A stretch of 64,000 nt of DNA. It comes from Utricularia gibba. Taxonomy: Eukaryota; Plantae; Magnoliophyta. How positions within the stretch are numbered: the stretch's first letter is position 1; every line of letters begins with the position of its first letter. The notes beneath the pieces are model-generated. The model did not search any database. It worked only from the letters and a program-made list of their open reading frames with translations, and had not been told where the DNA came from. Of the stretch, positions 35,815 through 49,335 are shown one piece after another. The DNA is taken from assembly GCA_002189035.1 (NCBI GenBank), contig NEEC01000017.1, positions 1-64,000 of the forward strand, written 5' to 3'. The position numbers were made by a program, and so were the translations under genes.

Positions 35815-37915
35815 CTTCTAGCCAATCCTTTAGACAAATGCATGCCTCCAGGGTCTCTACTTTCAACTTGGACCGCTTGTGATTAAGAACTCGTCCCCTT
35901 GCACTAAACGCACTTTCGGATGCCACTATAGATGCTGAAGGTGATTAAGATCTTTGGCATTCTAGCCAAGATAGGGAATGTAGTAGAATTTGTCTTCTAC
36001 CAACCCAATATATCAAAGTTGTCATCATCAACACCCTCAACAATAGGAGTATTATTGTAAAGTGTAATTTGATCAATGGAATTTAATGAAGATGATGAAG
36101 AGGATGACACAAATGAGGTATGTTTTCTACGAATAATGTCCATCGGAGTGCGACTACCAAACATCGAATTATTACATGTTTTAGGAATAGGAACACTAAG
36201 ATCACTATATTTAGAAGTATAAAGGGAATACATAGCACGTAAAATATTGTTAGCATCAACATCTTTTTCTTCACAATTTTTAATGGAAAAAGCAACATCA
36301 TCTACACTAAATGACTCCGAAATGCATTCAACTAATGTTTTCACACCTCTAGATTTAACCCGAGGATCCAAAATAGGTGCAATAAGAAACAAATGTGGGA
36401 TTTCATCAAAATATTTCAAAAACCCATTTTTCATATTTCGCACTACATCCCCCAAAAAATCACAATCAGTTTGATGATCATAAAAAGCAAACGAAATTTT
36501 ACAAATACATGAAAGCACAAGTTGAGAAGTTCGATAATAAATACCACTCAAAATTTTAGTACAAGAATAAAATGTTTCTAGTAAATTTACTAAACCTCTT
36601 ATTTTTTAAAAAATAGAATGAGTCAAGAAATTGAAACCCGTAAAAGATTCACAAAATTCAATAAGAACATTTTCATAAGGAATCAAAAATTGTAACATAT
36701 CATATGCAGAATTCTATCTAGTTGGACAATCATTTTTAAATTTTCGATAAGATATATTTCTTTCTTGAAAAATCCTCTTATAATCATCTCTTTTATTAGG
36801 TGTAGTTCTAATCATACCCACTAAATCACGAATAGGAGTTAAAAAAATTTCACATTCTTTTAAACCATTTTGAACACACAAATTTAAGATATGACAAGTG
36901 CACCTAGTGTGGAAAAAAATGCTATTCAATATAGGATTCATGCTACTTTTCAAAATGTGAATAGCATTGGTATTTGCAGAGGCATTATCCAAAGAAATAG
37001 AAAAAATCCTATCAGATATTCCATAAAATGCTGTGACCTTTTCAATGATTTTACCAATAGAAAAACCATTATGTGGTGATGGCCATTCTTGTAAAGATAA
37101 AATTCGTTTTTGCATACACCAAGAATTATCTACCCAAGAACATGTAATAACAATATAACTCTCATTGTTACAACCTTTCCAACCATCACAAGTCAAACAA
37201 AAATTATATTGTAGAGATTTAAAAGTAGAAATTAAATAGTCACGCATGTTTTTAAAATCCTCAAGTGCTATATGATGCATGGTTTTCCAGGAAAAATTTT
37301 TGTATCCCGGTTGAAAAAGAAGATTTTTGTATCCCTTTCAACATATCATTAAAAGAAGATTTTTCAACTAATGAAAAAGAAAGTTCATTAAGTATCAAAT
37401 AACGCACCACACTTACTTGAAAAGTTTATAATTAAAAAAAAATTAGATAATCTCACACTATTATCATCCCCTAAACATAATCTAGTCTGACAAAACTGTA
37501 GTAATTTATCATTATACTTTTCCCTAATATGCCTCTTATATGTACCGGTTCCCCAACCCTGTTTGAAAGTATACTCTTTACCACAATGTTTACAAGAAAT
37601 TTTTTCGGGATTAGAAACAATAATATGCTCTCCAACATCCAAAGAATCATCACTAGAATTTTTTGATCTTTTACGAAAAAGGGGACTCGATGAGGTTGAA
37701 GAACCCACTTCTTGAGGACTAGAAAAATCATCATCTTCGGGTAAGGGACCACATTCAAGTTCTTGTAAGAATTGAAGATCTTCCCCAAAAGAAAATTCTC
37801 TATCATTTTCAAAAACGCAAGATATAGTAAAATCAGCTTGAGAAGCTTGAGAAATTAAATTAATAGCAACGGATACTTTCAAAACCCTGTGCAACCCCAC
37901 AGTGTGCACAGTCAC
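35815..37915 (-). pseudogene. hAT transposase (BED finger, DDE core, C-terminal dimerisation domain), disrupted
   Basis: KISCKHCGKEY...RH; CLTCDGW; ISLDNASAN; HTRCTCHILNL; APILDPRVK; FDILGW; after that VASESAFS in a shifted frame. Confidence 0.92.
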
Positions 37916-38883
37916 AAATGCATGTACTAGTCGTTGAGATTAATATATATATAAAAAATATATTTTAAATATGATGCTGTCACGTCAGTCTTCACATGAG
38001 TATTTTAAATATATACTTATGTTTAAATATGCATTGTACTACAAATATGGATAAATTAGAGATATTGGCAATGCATAATTAGTTATTGAGAAAAATATAT
38101 AGGTAATTAAATGTTAAAATATTTATTTGGTTGAACTATCGAAATTATTCAATAAATTTGAATAATTTAGTATTTTTCTATTGAGGTTATACATTTTATA
38201 TTTATTAATTTCATTCTAATTTTATAATTTCTATTATATAAATAAATGAAATAAATTATTAAAGTGATAAAATTATCAGTAATTGAAAACATATACAATA
38301 AAATTACATTTTTTCAGACACCAACATTAGCTTGCGAGTGTTCGGGAAGAACATCTGAAAGTCACAGACCATTCCCTGGCCACCAGCATTTACTCATGCC
38401 TCATGTAAGAGTGTCATGAGGGTGCCTGAGATCATTTTCCAAGCACCCACATCTATTGTCAGTGTTTCTAGGAAAGGGTGTTTCAGAAGATTTTCCAGGC
38501 ACCCACTTCCATCGTATGGGTGTCTGAAATCATATACATTTATTTATTTTTTTAATTTTTTAATTTTTTAATTTTTTTTTAATTTTTTTCGGTTCCGAAC
38601 CGACGGTTTCGGTTCGGAACCGTGAACAGTGCGGTTCGAACACGGGTCGGAACGGTCGGTTCCACGGTTCCAAATTTGCCGAACCGAACCGAAACCGTAC
38701 GGACATCCACCCCCTGAAAATGTCTGCTATTGGCGGTTGGTGAACAACGGAGTCATCTGAAAGGTATTTTGAACATCACTTCGTATGATGTATACCGTAT
38801 TCCAAGATCTGCGTTTGGGGTTTCTCAAAATTTTTAAAATTCCGCTGCTTTTGAGACATACGATGTCTACAAAAAACCCAACA

Positions 38884-41766
38884 ATTTGGAGAGTTTATAA
38901 CATCGTTCATGTGATGTGTGAACTTTTCTCCATCTTATGGACTACATGAAAATCAGAAAAAAAATATCAAATCTTCAATTCGAATTAGGACATCGTCTAC
39001 CAAACCTTTAGGAGAAATGACACTTCGATCTACAAATTCAATTTGTACTCCGGATGCTTGCACGGGTCTCAATCTAAGAGCTTCATAAACTAAATATGAG
39101 ATTACATTAACAGAAACTCCTAAATATGCCCGGATCCTTGCATTTTTTAGGAAGCTTTTGAGTGGGTAATTAACTTCATCTTGGGTTTGGACATGCAAAG
39201 CCGCTTCAAATATTTCGCACTTCTTTACACCATAGAAATATAGTCCAAAATAGTTAAATTAAGTTGAACACTATCCAAGGCCTTCAAAATCTTATTCTTT
39301 TCATCTTTTTTTTCTTTTGTCATCAACTTACAAGGAAATAAGGGTTGAGTGATCTTCACTTTTAAGAGGTTCCCAATGAACCACCATTTTTTCCTTGTCT
39401 TTAACCGCAACACTAAATTTCCTCTTCTCATCAATCTTAGTCTCAGATCGGACTATGTTTCTGTCAGGTTTCTCCTTACTGTTCCTCAATGTCAATGCGC
39501 TGCAATTCAATCTTCTACCAGAATTTGAATATGATGCTGTTGGTTCCCCTTTCTTTTTCAGTTCTCCAAGCTCCAATGTTGTTTTATGCATGCTGATTGA
39601 ACCATGAACATTTTCATCGTTTTTTTCAAAGAACTCGAAAAAATTTCCTCCAACATTTCTTTGGCTTGAATATTGAGATTTTTGGACTTGTTTTAGAAAG
39701 GTGGAACCTATGCATTCTTTGTTGCTCCTAAAAATTTTGCTGGAAATTTTGTTGCACCATGCTTGAAATTTCTCCCTTCTACATAGCCTCATTGTTGTTA
39801 CAATGAGAGTTTGGGTGATCCCTCCAACATGGGTTATAAGTGTTTGAATATTAGTCATATTCTTCCTTGAGTTGAAGGTCTTAATCCCCCATAGCCTTGA
39901 CATGCTCTTCTTGAAATAACTTTGGATATTCATTAAAAGATGTTCAAGTCTGTGATAGTTTCCAAATGGCATGTTCTTAACTTAGAATAAGAACAACTTC
40001 TTCATCATTTAAGACATAGCACCAACATTTTTCGTGAGTTAAATCATCTTCATAAACTCTTGGTACATGGCAAGGAGTCTTCTCAACTTCGGTGCTTCCC
40101 TTGATTTTTTGATTCCTTCTAGCAAGCCTCTTAAACTCAAGATTGAAATCAAAATCCCCTACACCAAAGGAATACAAATGCATCAACTAAAAACACAAAA
40201 CAATTGAACACCCCTCCCCCGTATCAGTGCCAATTTGATAAAAGAAAATTATACAAGTCATTAAAATTGCTAATTCACATATCAAATAAATTTATAAACT
40301 AATTCACATCCAATCATACGAAAAATATGAGAAAAGTGGATCGGGGTCGAACACAAGGAACTACATGCTTCTCATGTAAATGTTTTTACATGTTGTTTTT
40401 TTCATGGTTGGAAATTAAGTCTAAGTTAAAAATAAAACAAGTTTACAATAAAATACAATAGAGAGATAAACAGATAAATTCGACTACTAAGTAGAACAAG
40501 ATTATGAAATCGAAATCACTTACACCAAATGAATACAAATGCATCAACTAAAAACACAAAACAATTGAACACCCCTCCCCCGCATCGGTTCCAATTTGAT
40601 AAAAGAAAATTATACAAGTCAAATTACTAATTCACGTATCAAATAAATTTATAAACTAATTCACATCCAATCATACAAAAAATATGAAAAAAGTGGATCG
40701 GGGTCAAACACAAGGAACTACATGCTTCTCATGTGAAGGTTTATGCATGTTGTTTTTGTCATGGTTGGAAATTAAGTCTAAGTTAAGACTAAAACAAGTT
40801 TGTAATAAAATACAGTAGAGAGACAAACACATAAATTCGACTATTAAGTAGAACAAGATTGTGCAATGCCTTGAAGCTTCCAGGAGTAGCATGATCATTG
40901 ATGCACTTAACTCATCCAACCCAACAATCATTCACCTAACAAATAAAGGATTCAAGTCTACCTAAACCTTTCTTTTCCCTAATTGTTGGTCTACCTCTAA
41001 CTAGGTTATTTTATGATGAATTTCATTACTTCGTCCTCTTGGATCTATCCTTGTTTGATAAGCTAGGTAGTCTAATAAGCAATAATCATGCATACTCCCT
41101 TCTACTCAAGGCATTATGTGTGTTTAGCCACTCATGCTAATGTGAAATGAAACACGTATGTAACATAGAGAACGCAGCATGTTCATGTAATGACGCAAGC
41201 AACAATAACAAAAGAAACATAAATAGAAACAGAAATCGTAAATATTTCGTGCAAAAAGCTAAAACCACTCCTGGCTAGGAGTAGTGTTGATAAACAAAGG
41301 AAAGTTCAATGGTAAGCTTGGTTCTTCGTTTTGTCTTGTTCTTTCTTCTTCTTCTTCATGGTTCTTCTACGATTCCCTACTAGATCTCCTTCCCATAAGT
41401 CTGTAGCGAGTTGTTCAATGGGGAGATATTTCTTTCTCACTCCTCATTATTCTCAAAATCCTCTTTTTATCTTCTTGGAATTTGGTATTTCTTTTTCTTC
41501 TCTTTTGTCTCCTTTTCATGCTGCCTTTATTGTATGCTTTTTCACTCATTGGGATTTGTATTGTTGACATATGCTACATTGCTCATGAAAACGATTAGAA
41601 CTAAAATTGGAACTAAATCTTCATTTAGTCTCAATTAGGAATAAAAGTCACAAAAACACAGAAATACACAATAAAATCTGAGTTTTGCAGTAAAATATTA
41701 ATTATTTTCCTATTTTTAAACACTCAAAGGTGTCGAAGTAATAATTAGAGATAAATGGCACTATCA
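38884..41766 (-). mobile_element. Athila-like Ty3/gypsy 5' portion: LTR, degenerate PBS, gag and protease remnants
   Basis: LTR start TGATAGTGCC at 41766. Inner LTR end/PBS-like junctions at 40236 and 40597. Protease-like AYLGVSVNVI...FVDRSVISPKGLVDDVLIRI at 38953..39198. Gag N-terminus-like DFNLEFKRLARR. Confidence 0.72.
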
Positions 41767-42723
41767 AGAATCTTATTGGCATGCATGTACATCTTTAATG
41801 AGAGCATATGAGATGTAATATGGTACTTGAAAAAGTTCTATAATAGAATAATTATGGTATATCAATGAGGTGCATAGGTGCAATCGAGCAACAATAGTAA
41901 AATTCCATTCCATAGAAAGTGATGATAATGATAGTTTGTTATCATGAGTATTCTAGTCTTTAGATTTTTCAATGAATGCCTTTCAATTTGGTCGTCAAGT
42001 TTTGTATAGTGATGGAGCACATTTTTATGATTGATACAATTTTAAGGTTTCAATTGTTATTCTTATTGATGAAAATAATTGATATAGCATATACAATAGT
42101 ACCCTCAAAACTAGACCGAATTGAGCATGATTATTGAGAAAGCTGCATCCACACATGATGCAAAGAACACAAGGTATTTGCATAATAAGTGATTGAGGTA
42201 TTGAACTCATTTCTGCTTTAGGGTTTAGAAATTGTATGTCCTCAATGCAGTAGAATTTAAAATTTTTTGAGAAATTCAAACCATAAATCTTAGAATAGGG
42301 TATATATTAAATAAAGCGATTCTGAAAAACGCCTCTCATTGGACTCCGTTGTTCACCAATTGCCAACAATAATTGGCCACTATAATATCCACACGTTCAG
42401 CATTACATCGATAACCTTCTCAAGGCCACAAAAAGATGGTCGATTTCCTCAGATGGTAGTAGAAAAAATTGCCTCCTTGTAGAAAAATCTCGAAAAGAAT
42501 AAAGATATCAAAATCTCAAAAGATCGATTTTTTCTTATTATCTTATATAGATATTTGATAACATATCTAATCAAATCTCTTTAAAAATATTATCTAATGG
42601 AAATCTAATAGATATATATGTTTTCAAATCTTATCTATATCATATCTTTTATTTTGAGATTAATCAATATTACTCTCAAAATATGTTTCTATTTAATTTA
42701 TCTATTTTTACCAATTACATCTC

Positions 42724-43882
42724 TGATAAACAAAAAATTTAAGCACACATCATGAATATGCAATTTTCCTTGTCAAATAAATTTATAATTAATACACATT
42801 CAAGTATAATACAACTATGGGCATAGTGATTAGGGTTGAACTCAATGAGTTGGTGTTTGTCATGTGAAAATTAATGCATTGTCACGATTAAGAGATTTTG
42901 TATGAGCTAGGATTAAAAAGTTCATCATAACATATAGAAAGACAATAAACGGGTAAAAACAGAACTTAATCTAGAATAAGATAAGGTAATTCCTTGGGAC
43001 TCTCAGGGGATGTATGTTTATCTCTAAGACACTCTCATCTAAACAACAAATCAAACATCTAACAAACAAAGTCTAGGTCTACCTAAACTTTAATTTTCCC
43101 GCTAATCTTTGATCTATCTCAAATTAGGGTTGTTAAGATGAGTTTCATTACTTCTTCCTCCTAGATCTATCCTAGTTTGTCAAAGAACTAGTGTGATTTA
43201 TGGTTAACAAGATCTAGAATTGATTAGCACATTACTCCCCCTTGCCCCAAGGCACCCTTAATTGCTTGGCCACTCATACTTAACATAAATGAAAATAGAC
43301 CATAAAAAATCATCCATGTTATACTCATATCATAGTTCGATAACCAGGAAAAAAAACAAGCACAAATGTATAAAGTTCAACAGAAAACTAAAAATGTTGC
43401 AGGTTACTCTTAGCTAAGAATATTATTCTTGAGAGACAAAAGATAGTCTTCATACATGAGTTTCGTTTCTCGGATGTCTTCTTCGTTGTCCTTCTTGGTT
43501 CATTGCCGATCTCCTCCCCTCTAGTGTGTGGCATGTTCTCCAATGGGTTATCCTCCTTTTTCTCTTTCCATCTTGTCTCATTTTGTGTCCCACATTCTCC
43601 TTTTTCCTCTCCTTGTATTTTGTGTCCTTTTCAGCTTTTGGCCTCATCTTCTGCCACTTCACTATTAATATACAGCTCCTTGGTATTTGGGTTACTAACA
43701 TGTCTTGCATTGCTCAAGGGAACTATTAGAACCAAGGTTGGGACTAAATCGAGTCCCAACGAGGAATAAAGGACACAATTACGGTACTATCCACAAAACG
43801 CAGAAATAAATAATAAAACTTCAGTCTTGTAGTACAATGAGTCATTTTCCTATACTGAAATACTCAAAAATATGTGTTATCA
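42724..43882 (-). mobile_element. Athila-like solo LTR (1159 bp)
   Basis: TGATA...TATCA termini; TSD ATCTC/ATCTT; similar to the LTR at 40236-41766 (e.g. GATGA(G/A)TTTCATTACTTC). Confidence 0.75.
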
Positions 43883-44191
43883 ATCTTATGCAATTGTATT
43901 ATTCTATCTTATATTGAAAAATGACTTTACTCCAATGTGTGACCAACTTCAACTCTTCAATCAAAGCATTAATAATAAATTTATTAATTATCACTAAATT
44001 AATATTAAACAATAACATTAAATGACCAACTCCAACTCTTCGAGTGTGATTTACTTGGTCCCACGATTTACTGTTACGTTTGATGCAATTACTTGAGATA
44101 AGATCGCATAACTAATATAAGTGATAAATCATTTATTAATCACTCAAGTATCTCCAATCTTAAGGAGTCGCAATGCTTCTCATCTATTAAG

Positions 44192-45001
44192 TGTCATTTT
44201 TTTACTATTTCTTATGTAGTTTTAATGTTTAATTGTGATTAGAAATGTCTAATTAGGAGTCTATAATATGATATTTAGGTTTTTATCTAGCTTAGAGTAA
44301 TTATCCTAAATCTTGTACTTTATCTAATAATTTTTTTAGTTTTAATTGAGTTTTTTTCTAGAGGCGCACACGTGGTAGGAAGTAAGAGAAAGACGGCATC
44401 AGATGGCAACAAATTGGATCCTCCCGAGCTGACATTCTCTTGATTTCCGGAAGACTGCAGACGCATAATCATGAGACTTCATGTGTGGAACGCGGGAGTT
44501 TCTGACAGGCGATATCATTAGCGTACCAGTGTCAGAGCACACGTTGCTTGCAAGTCATCCCTAGTTCAGCAGAACCACAGAGACACGAAATCTCAAACAA
44601 AATAGTTCAACTCAGTTCTGTTGAGACAAGTTTTAGTTTTACTTTTAGTTTAGTTTAGGCTTTTGTTTCTCTCTCTAGAGGATTTTCCTCTACTAGAGAA
44701 GAGTGAAGACGCAACGAACATAGCTGGACAGAATTCCATACCCAGGAACATTCACTTTATTTAAGGTTCATCGCTTACGTTCATTTCAGTTGTCTGTTCA
44801 AAACCCCTCTTATTCCCTTACTCAAGTTTCATCATTTACGTTTCTCGCACCTTTACGCTACAAGCCGTTTACAAATCGTGACAGTTATATTCGGTGAAAA
44901 AGCACCTTTCACTGAAAAATAACTCCGTGCGTTCGACACCCGTACTACGCTTTTGTGTTTTACGAGTTCTAAAAATATTAAAATTTATTATGGAAACGAC
45001 A
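44192..45001. mobile_element. Probable solo LTR (~810 bp) of an unidentified gypsy family
   Basis: TGTC...GACA termini interrupting the Angela-like LTR. GTTCGACACCCGTACTAC near the end. No clear TSD. Confidence 0.4.
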
Positions 45002-45986
45002 CGCATCATCATCCATACTAGGTAAGCCATGGTTAAACTCTCATTAATAATGAGTGAAAATGCGAGCATAAGTTTAAGATAACTTTGTTGATCTCATGTC
45101 TAAGCTTATTAAAACGGGTGTAATATTCGAGATCTTGCTATTGACACTTGGTTAGCTTATCGGTATTTGTGATATCATCAATGCTTGAAGAATCTCAAAT
45201 TATGATCTTATCATAATTTTTACAGCATATAGATCAAGTAGAGGATTTTTATTAATGATATAAATTTAATCACAATTCAAAATGATAAGATTTACCAATA
45301 AGTTGATTATTTTTAGAACACATACACTAACATTCTCATCCTCAAGGAATTCATTGATGATGTGTGTTCAACTAAGAAAAAATTATATGAACCATATTTC
45401 CTAGAATTCTGAAGGTATTTCAGATTTAATAGTGCGAGTAGCATATGCTAAATGACATTACTTCGATTTTGTTAGGAAGAAAGTTCAGTCTTAACTATAG
45501 AATAAATGAATGATATCTTATATAAGGAGTGTATAAGGTTATTTGATAAATGACACAAGTACAACTCGATAACTTTATTAAATTAATTATATCATATTCA
45601 ACAATTTTTTTGTGTATAAATATATAATAATGAGCACAAATCATATTGAATCTCTAATTGACGTACTACAAGAAGCACAAGATCTTCATCCAACATCAAT
45701 TACAAAGGTAGTACCATAATTAATATTCACCTCTATCATTGTAAAATGACATATATATACATTTATTTTGAATGACATAAAATGGATACATTGGGAAAAC
45801 AAAAGAGAGAGATTCATTTTAGTGACGAAATTGATATAAAGTATGATGAAGCCTCAAGAATGCTCCCAAATAACACATACAACATATTCGACAATGTAAA
45901 CATCATTGTAGAACAAAAAATTGATTGGTTCATATTATACTTTAAGTAACAACGTAAGCGTTGATAAAAGAAAGTGTGATTGTAGA

Positions 45987-46534
45987 TGATGGGATCTAAA
46001 TCGGATATAGTTAATCGGTCACGAAAAAGAAGCCAAAAGGTGTCTTGACAAACTGGTATAGGTCGATAGACCAGTAAGTGTCAGAGTTTGCTAGCGGTTG
46101 CCATTTTGAACAGTATGAAAAGTAACCGAATTACGGCAATGTCAGAACAGTTGGTGGTTATCCGAATGCAGGACAACGATACGGTCATCAAGCGTAGAAA
46201 GTAGATGACATCTACAAGATTCAGAATTCGGTCAGATTAGTCCCTTCTATAAATATAAGAAAACCTGAAGAAGAAGGTGTTGAACTCTTGGCATTCTAAC
46301 TTGTATTTTTTCTCCACCTCCATCTAGTGAAATCATTCTCCGGTGAGCTTTGATAGTTCTGTGGTTTTTTTCGTTCTTCAACGGTTTCCACGTTAAAATC
46401 CCTGCCTATTTTTATTAATGTCAACTACGTCATATCATCCAAAACGCTACTCACTAAATTGGATCCAACCCGTTCGGATTCACTCGAAACCGGAAAATCA
46501 ATTTTTGCCTTACTATCGATTTTCGACCACAACA
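45987..46534 (+). mobile_element. Tat/Retand-related solo LTR (548 bp)
   Basis: TGATGGG...CAACA with perfect TSD GTAGA (45982-45986, 46535-46539). CTATAAAT. Aligns with the LTR at 60195-60721 in opposite orientation. Confidence 0.85.
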
Positions 46535-47296
46535 GTAGAATTTGAAAAATCAAGAAATATCTCTATGTTCATTCTCAAAGGCTACATTTGAGATCAATTT
46601 GATCTCCAGAAATGTATATATTAACATGTTTTAGTACATGTTTAAAGGTTTTTTATTGCTTTTGAATCAATCCAGAGATCATAGAGTATCACACAATTTC
46701 ATTTTTAGTGAATATCTATTGTATAAAAATATGTTCAGTGAGAGACAAATTTCATTAGACACACAAGTCCGTCAAATGAAGAAAATTCATATGAATTGAA
46801 TACGTATTCATCAAATCAACCTTGCCTGAAAAATAAAATACAATCAAAACTCATCAAACCCAATTTATAGATCTATTTTTGTTGTAAATGAGATAATATT
46901 CTAGTGTGATATCATAACAGTATCAACATTCATCATATCATATGGAAACTAGCAGATTTTTGCAAACTTCATCTTTAATTTGTGCTAGTAACTCCATGTG
47001 ACTACTATCACTATTGATGCAAATACTTTTTCAAAAGACCATACAAAAAGATATTGAGTTGGTGTCATCACAACATTCTATTTTCAAAGATTTGAAATGG
47101 ATTCTTTTTTTAGAAAGCAAGATAAACATAAAAATTTAAAAAATAATAGTATATTAGCGATTTGAATATTTTTTAACTTTATAACTTATTTTTTTTACAC
47201 TGTATTAAACATTGTATCTTTTAATGATTAAATACTTTATATTTATTGAATAATTTTCTAAAAATGTATAAAACGCAATTATTCAGATATTATAAT

Positions 47297-47515
47297 TGTT
47301 AAGGGCGAAAATTAGCATTGGCGTCGGAGCCAATTTCCAGGTTATGGAGTTCGCCAGAGGTGTCGAACACGTGTATGGGTTTTATGCTTTGTTTGGTGCG
47401 TTTAACGAAAATGAAGAAGGATGGAGATTTTTATGTGAAAATCGTTGGGGAACGAAAAAACCACGGAGCTATCGGAGCTCGCGTGAATTATCTTCACTAG
47501 ACGGACGTGGGGAAA
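47297..47515 (-). mobile_element. Degenerate fragment of a Tat/Retand-related LTR (U5 end)
   Basis: TGTTAAGGGCGAAA...AAAACCACGGAGCT...TTCACTAGA parallels 50877-51070. Confidence 0.65.
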
Positions 47516-49074
47516 AATAGATATTATATTCTTAGTTAAATAGAAAAATGATATATTTATTTAGCTAGAATATTACATTCAGTTATTCAATTAATGAATA
47601 TTGTATTGATTTTACAAATTTTTAACTGAATTATTTTATTTGATATTTTACATGAAAAAATCTATATATGTCAAATTGATTTTCTGAAATTTTTAATACA
47701 AAAATTATAATTACAAATAAAAGTATGATAAATTACTAATAAAATTACAATAGAATGCATATTTCAAAAAATTGACTGAAAAATACAGGTATTCTATCAT
47801 TTTAAAAAGAAATCAAGGATATTTCACCAATTCATTAGTGGGACAATTGGAAAAATAACTATTTTTATTCAAATTTAATATAATACTTAATTTTCAATAA
47901 ATGTTGTTAAGTATTTCTACTTCTATACTTGAATTGATAATTTACTCTACTTTTGCATTTTAAATTTAACTTTTTAATTAATATTATCAGAAAATATGTC
48001 TAACTTGCAGATTTCATCAATAAAATTTGTCAAAATATACAATATTAATTTAAATAATTAACTAATGGTGAATATAAAAATGCATAGATCCAAATAATAA
48101 ATAAAATTATCTTCACAAAGAATTGATTATTTAATTTTTTTTAAATAATGTCTCAAAATGATTTAACATAAAAAAAATAGTTTTAAAAACAATATAAAAA
48201 TTCTTCTATATGTGTGTATACTAATCTTGAGAACTAACTTGATTATCCAAGTTCCAAAGTGTTATTGTAAAGTAATGCTACGCAATAATCTTTTAGGATA
48301 ACTTATGTTTTATCAACACCCGATTTTAACCTCTACACCTCATACTTTCGCAAACATATTAAACCTTACCATGACAACAATATCTGATTTGTTATTAACT
48401 TGTTGCAATTATGCCATTTTTTTATAATTTTTATTTATGAATTATTTTATACATATCACTTGAAATTACTTAGAAAATGTTTTAATCTTTGTGGTAATTC
48501 TGTTTTTTTTTTATTTTATAAACATACACAATTATGTTCATTGAAATGCCATCCATTTATCTGGAAATTATGCATTAAAAAATGATAATTACAATTGTGG
48601 ATATCATAAAATAATATTAAATATTTTTCAATCATCCATAATAATTAATCATTTTAATTGTGGAGCCTTAAAAATTAAATGTAACGACTCACACTTGTCT
48701 TTCACAATATTGTTTGCTCGGGACCTAATCTTGACAATTTTACATTCTTGACTTTTGAGGAAAAGACCTCATGTTCACTTACTTTTGAGTAAACAAATAT
48801 TTCAACCTCTTATGATTAATAAACACTTCATAAAACCTGATACAAATAGTGACTTTAAAGCAAATATAAAAGCTGCTAGTTCCACATCAAGAATAAAATA
48901 AATTTTTTCATGAGATTTCAACTTTTTAGAACCAGAAGCTATAACCTGTCTATTTATGCATCAAAACACAGCTAAATCTATCCTTAGATGCATCATCTCC
49001 CTCATCAACTCATCTGCCTACCTCTTTGGTTGTCCTGATGCATCATAATCCTAGAGTGATCAACCAAAGGGCCT

Positions 49075-49335
49075 TTGATACCGAATGTAACGATCCACAC
49101 TCATTTATACGATATTTTTCACCTCAAGCAGGTGGCACTCAACGAAGACACTAAGTCTCTAAAAGGGAGAAAATGTAAGGTTAGTGACTTAGTGACGATA
49201 TGATATCCCCATTGGCTACGAATGTAAAAGAAGCTATGCTTAAAAAGAGGAGTCTTACTAATCTTGTATGAGATTTTTTTTTCAAAAAGGAACAATATAA
49301 AACCATGAGAGTTGAGTATCCGAATCAAAAAAATA
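49075..49335. mobile_element. Degenerate TRIM remnants related to 28521-29363
   Basis: 49075-49103 is a reversed LTR end plus PBS. 49130-49335 matches the internal region, PPT and LTR (GGCACTCAACGAAGACAC...AAAAGGGAGAAAA TGTAAGG). Confidence 0.5.

Larger units (their letters stand above)
32233..38716 (-). mobile_element. hAT-superfamily DNA transposon (~6.5 kb)
   Basis: Termini TAGAGGTGG / CAGGGGGTGG (reverse); dense CCGAACCG/CGGTTCGG subterminal repeats at 32240-32460 and 38590-38700; internal hAT transposase. No matching 8-bp TSD. Confidence 0.85.
31875..38883 (+). mobile_element. 3' part of the same LTR family, forward orientation, split by the hAT element (31875-32232 and 38717-38883)
   Basis: The two pieces together are the reverse complement of ~30395-31020, missing ~55 bp at the hAT site. 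Ends in AACCCAACA. Confidence 0.75.
42320..45332 (-). mobile_element. Third, more degenerate copy of the Angela-like LTR, interrupted by two insertions
   Basis: 42320-42723, 43883-44184 and 45005-45332 are collinear with 30520-31872. Ends ACACTAACA (reverse of TGTTAGTGT). Confidence 0.7.
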
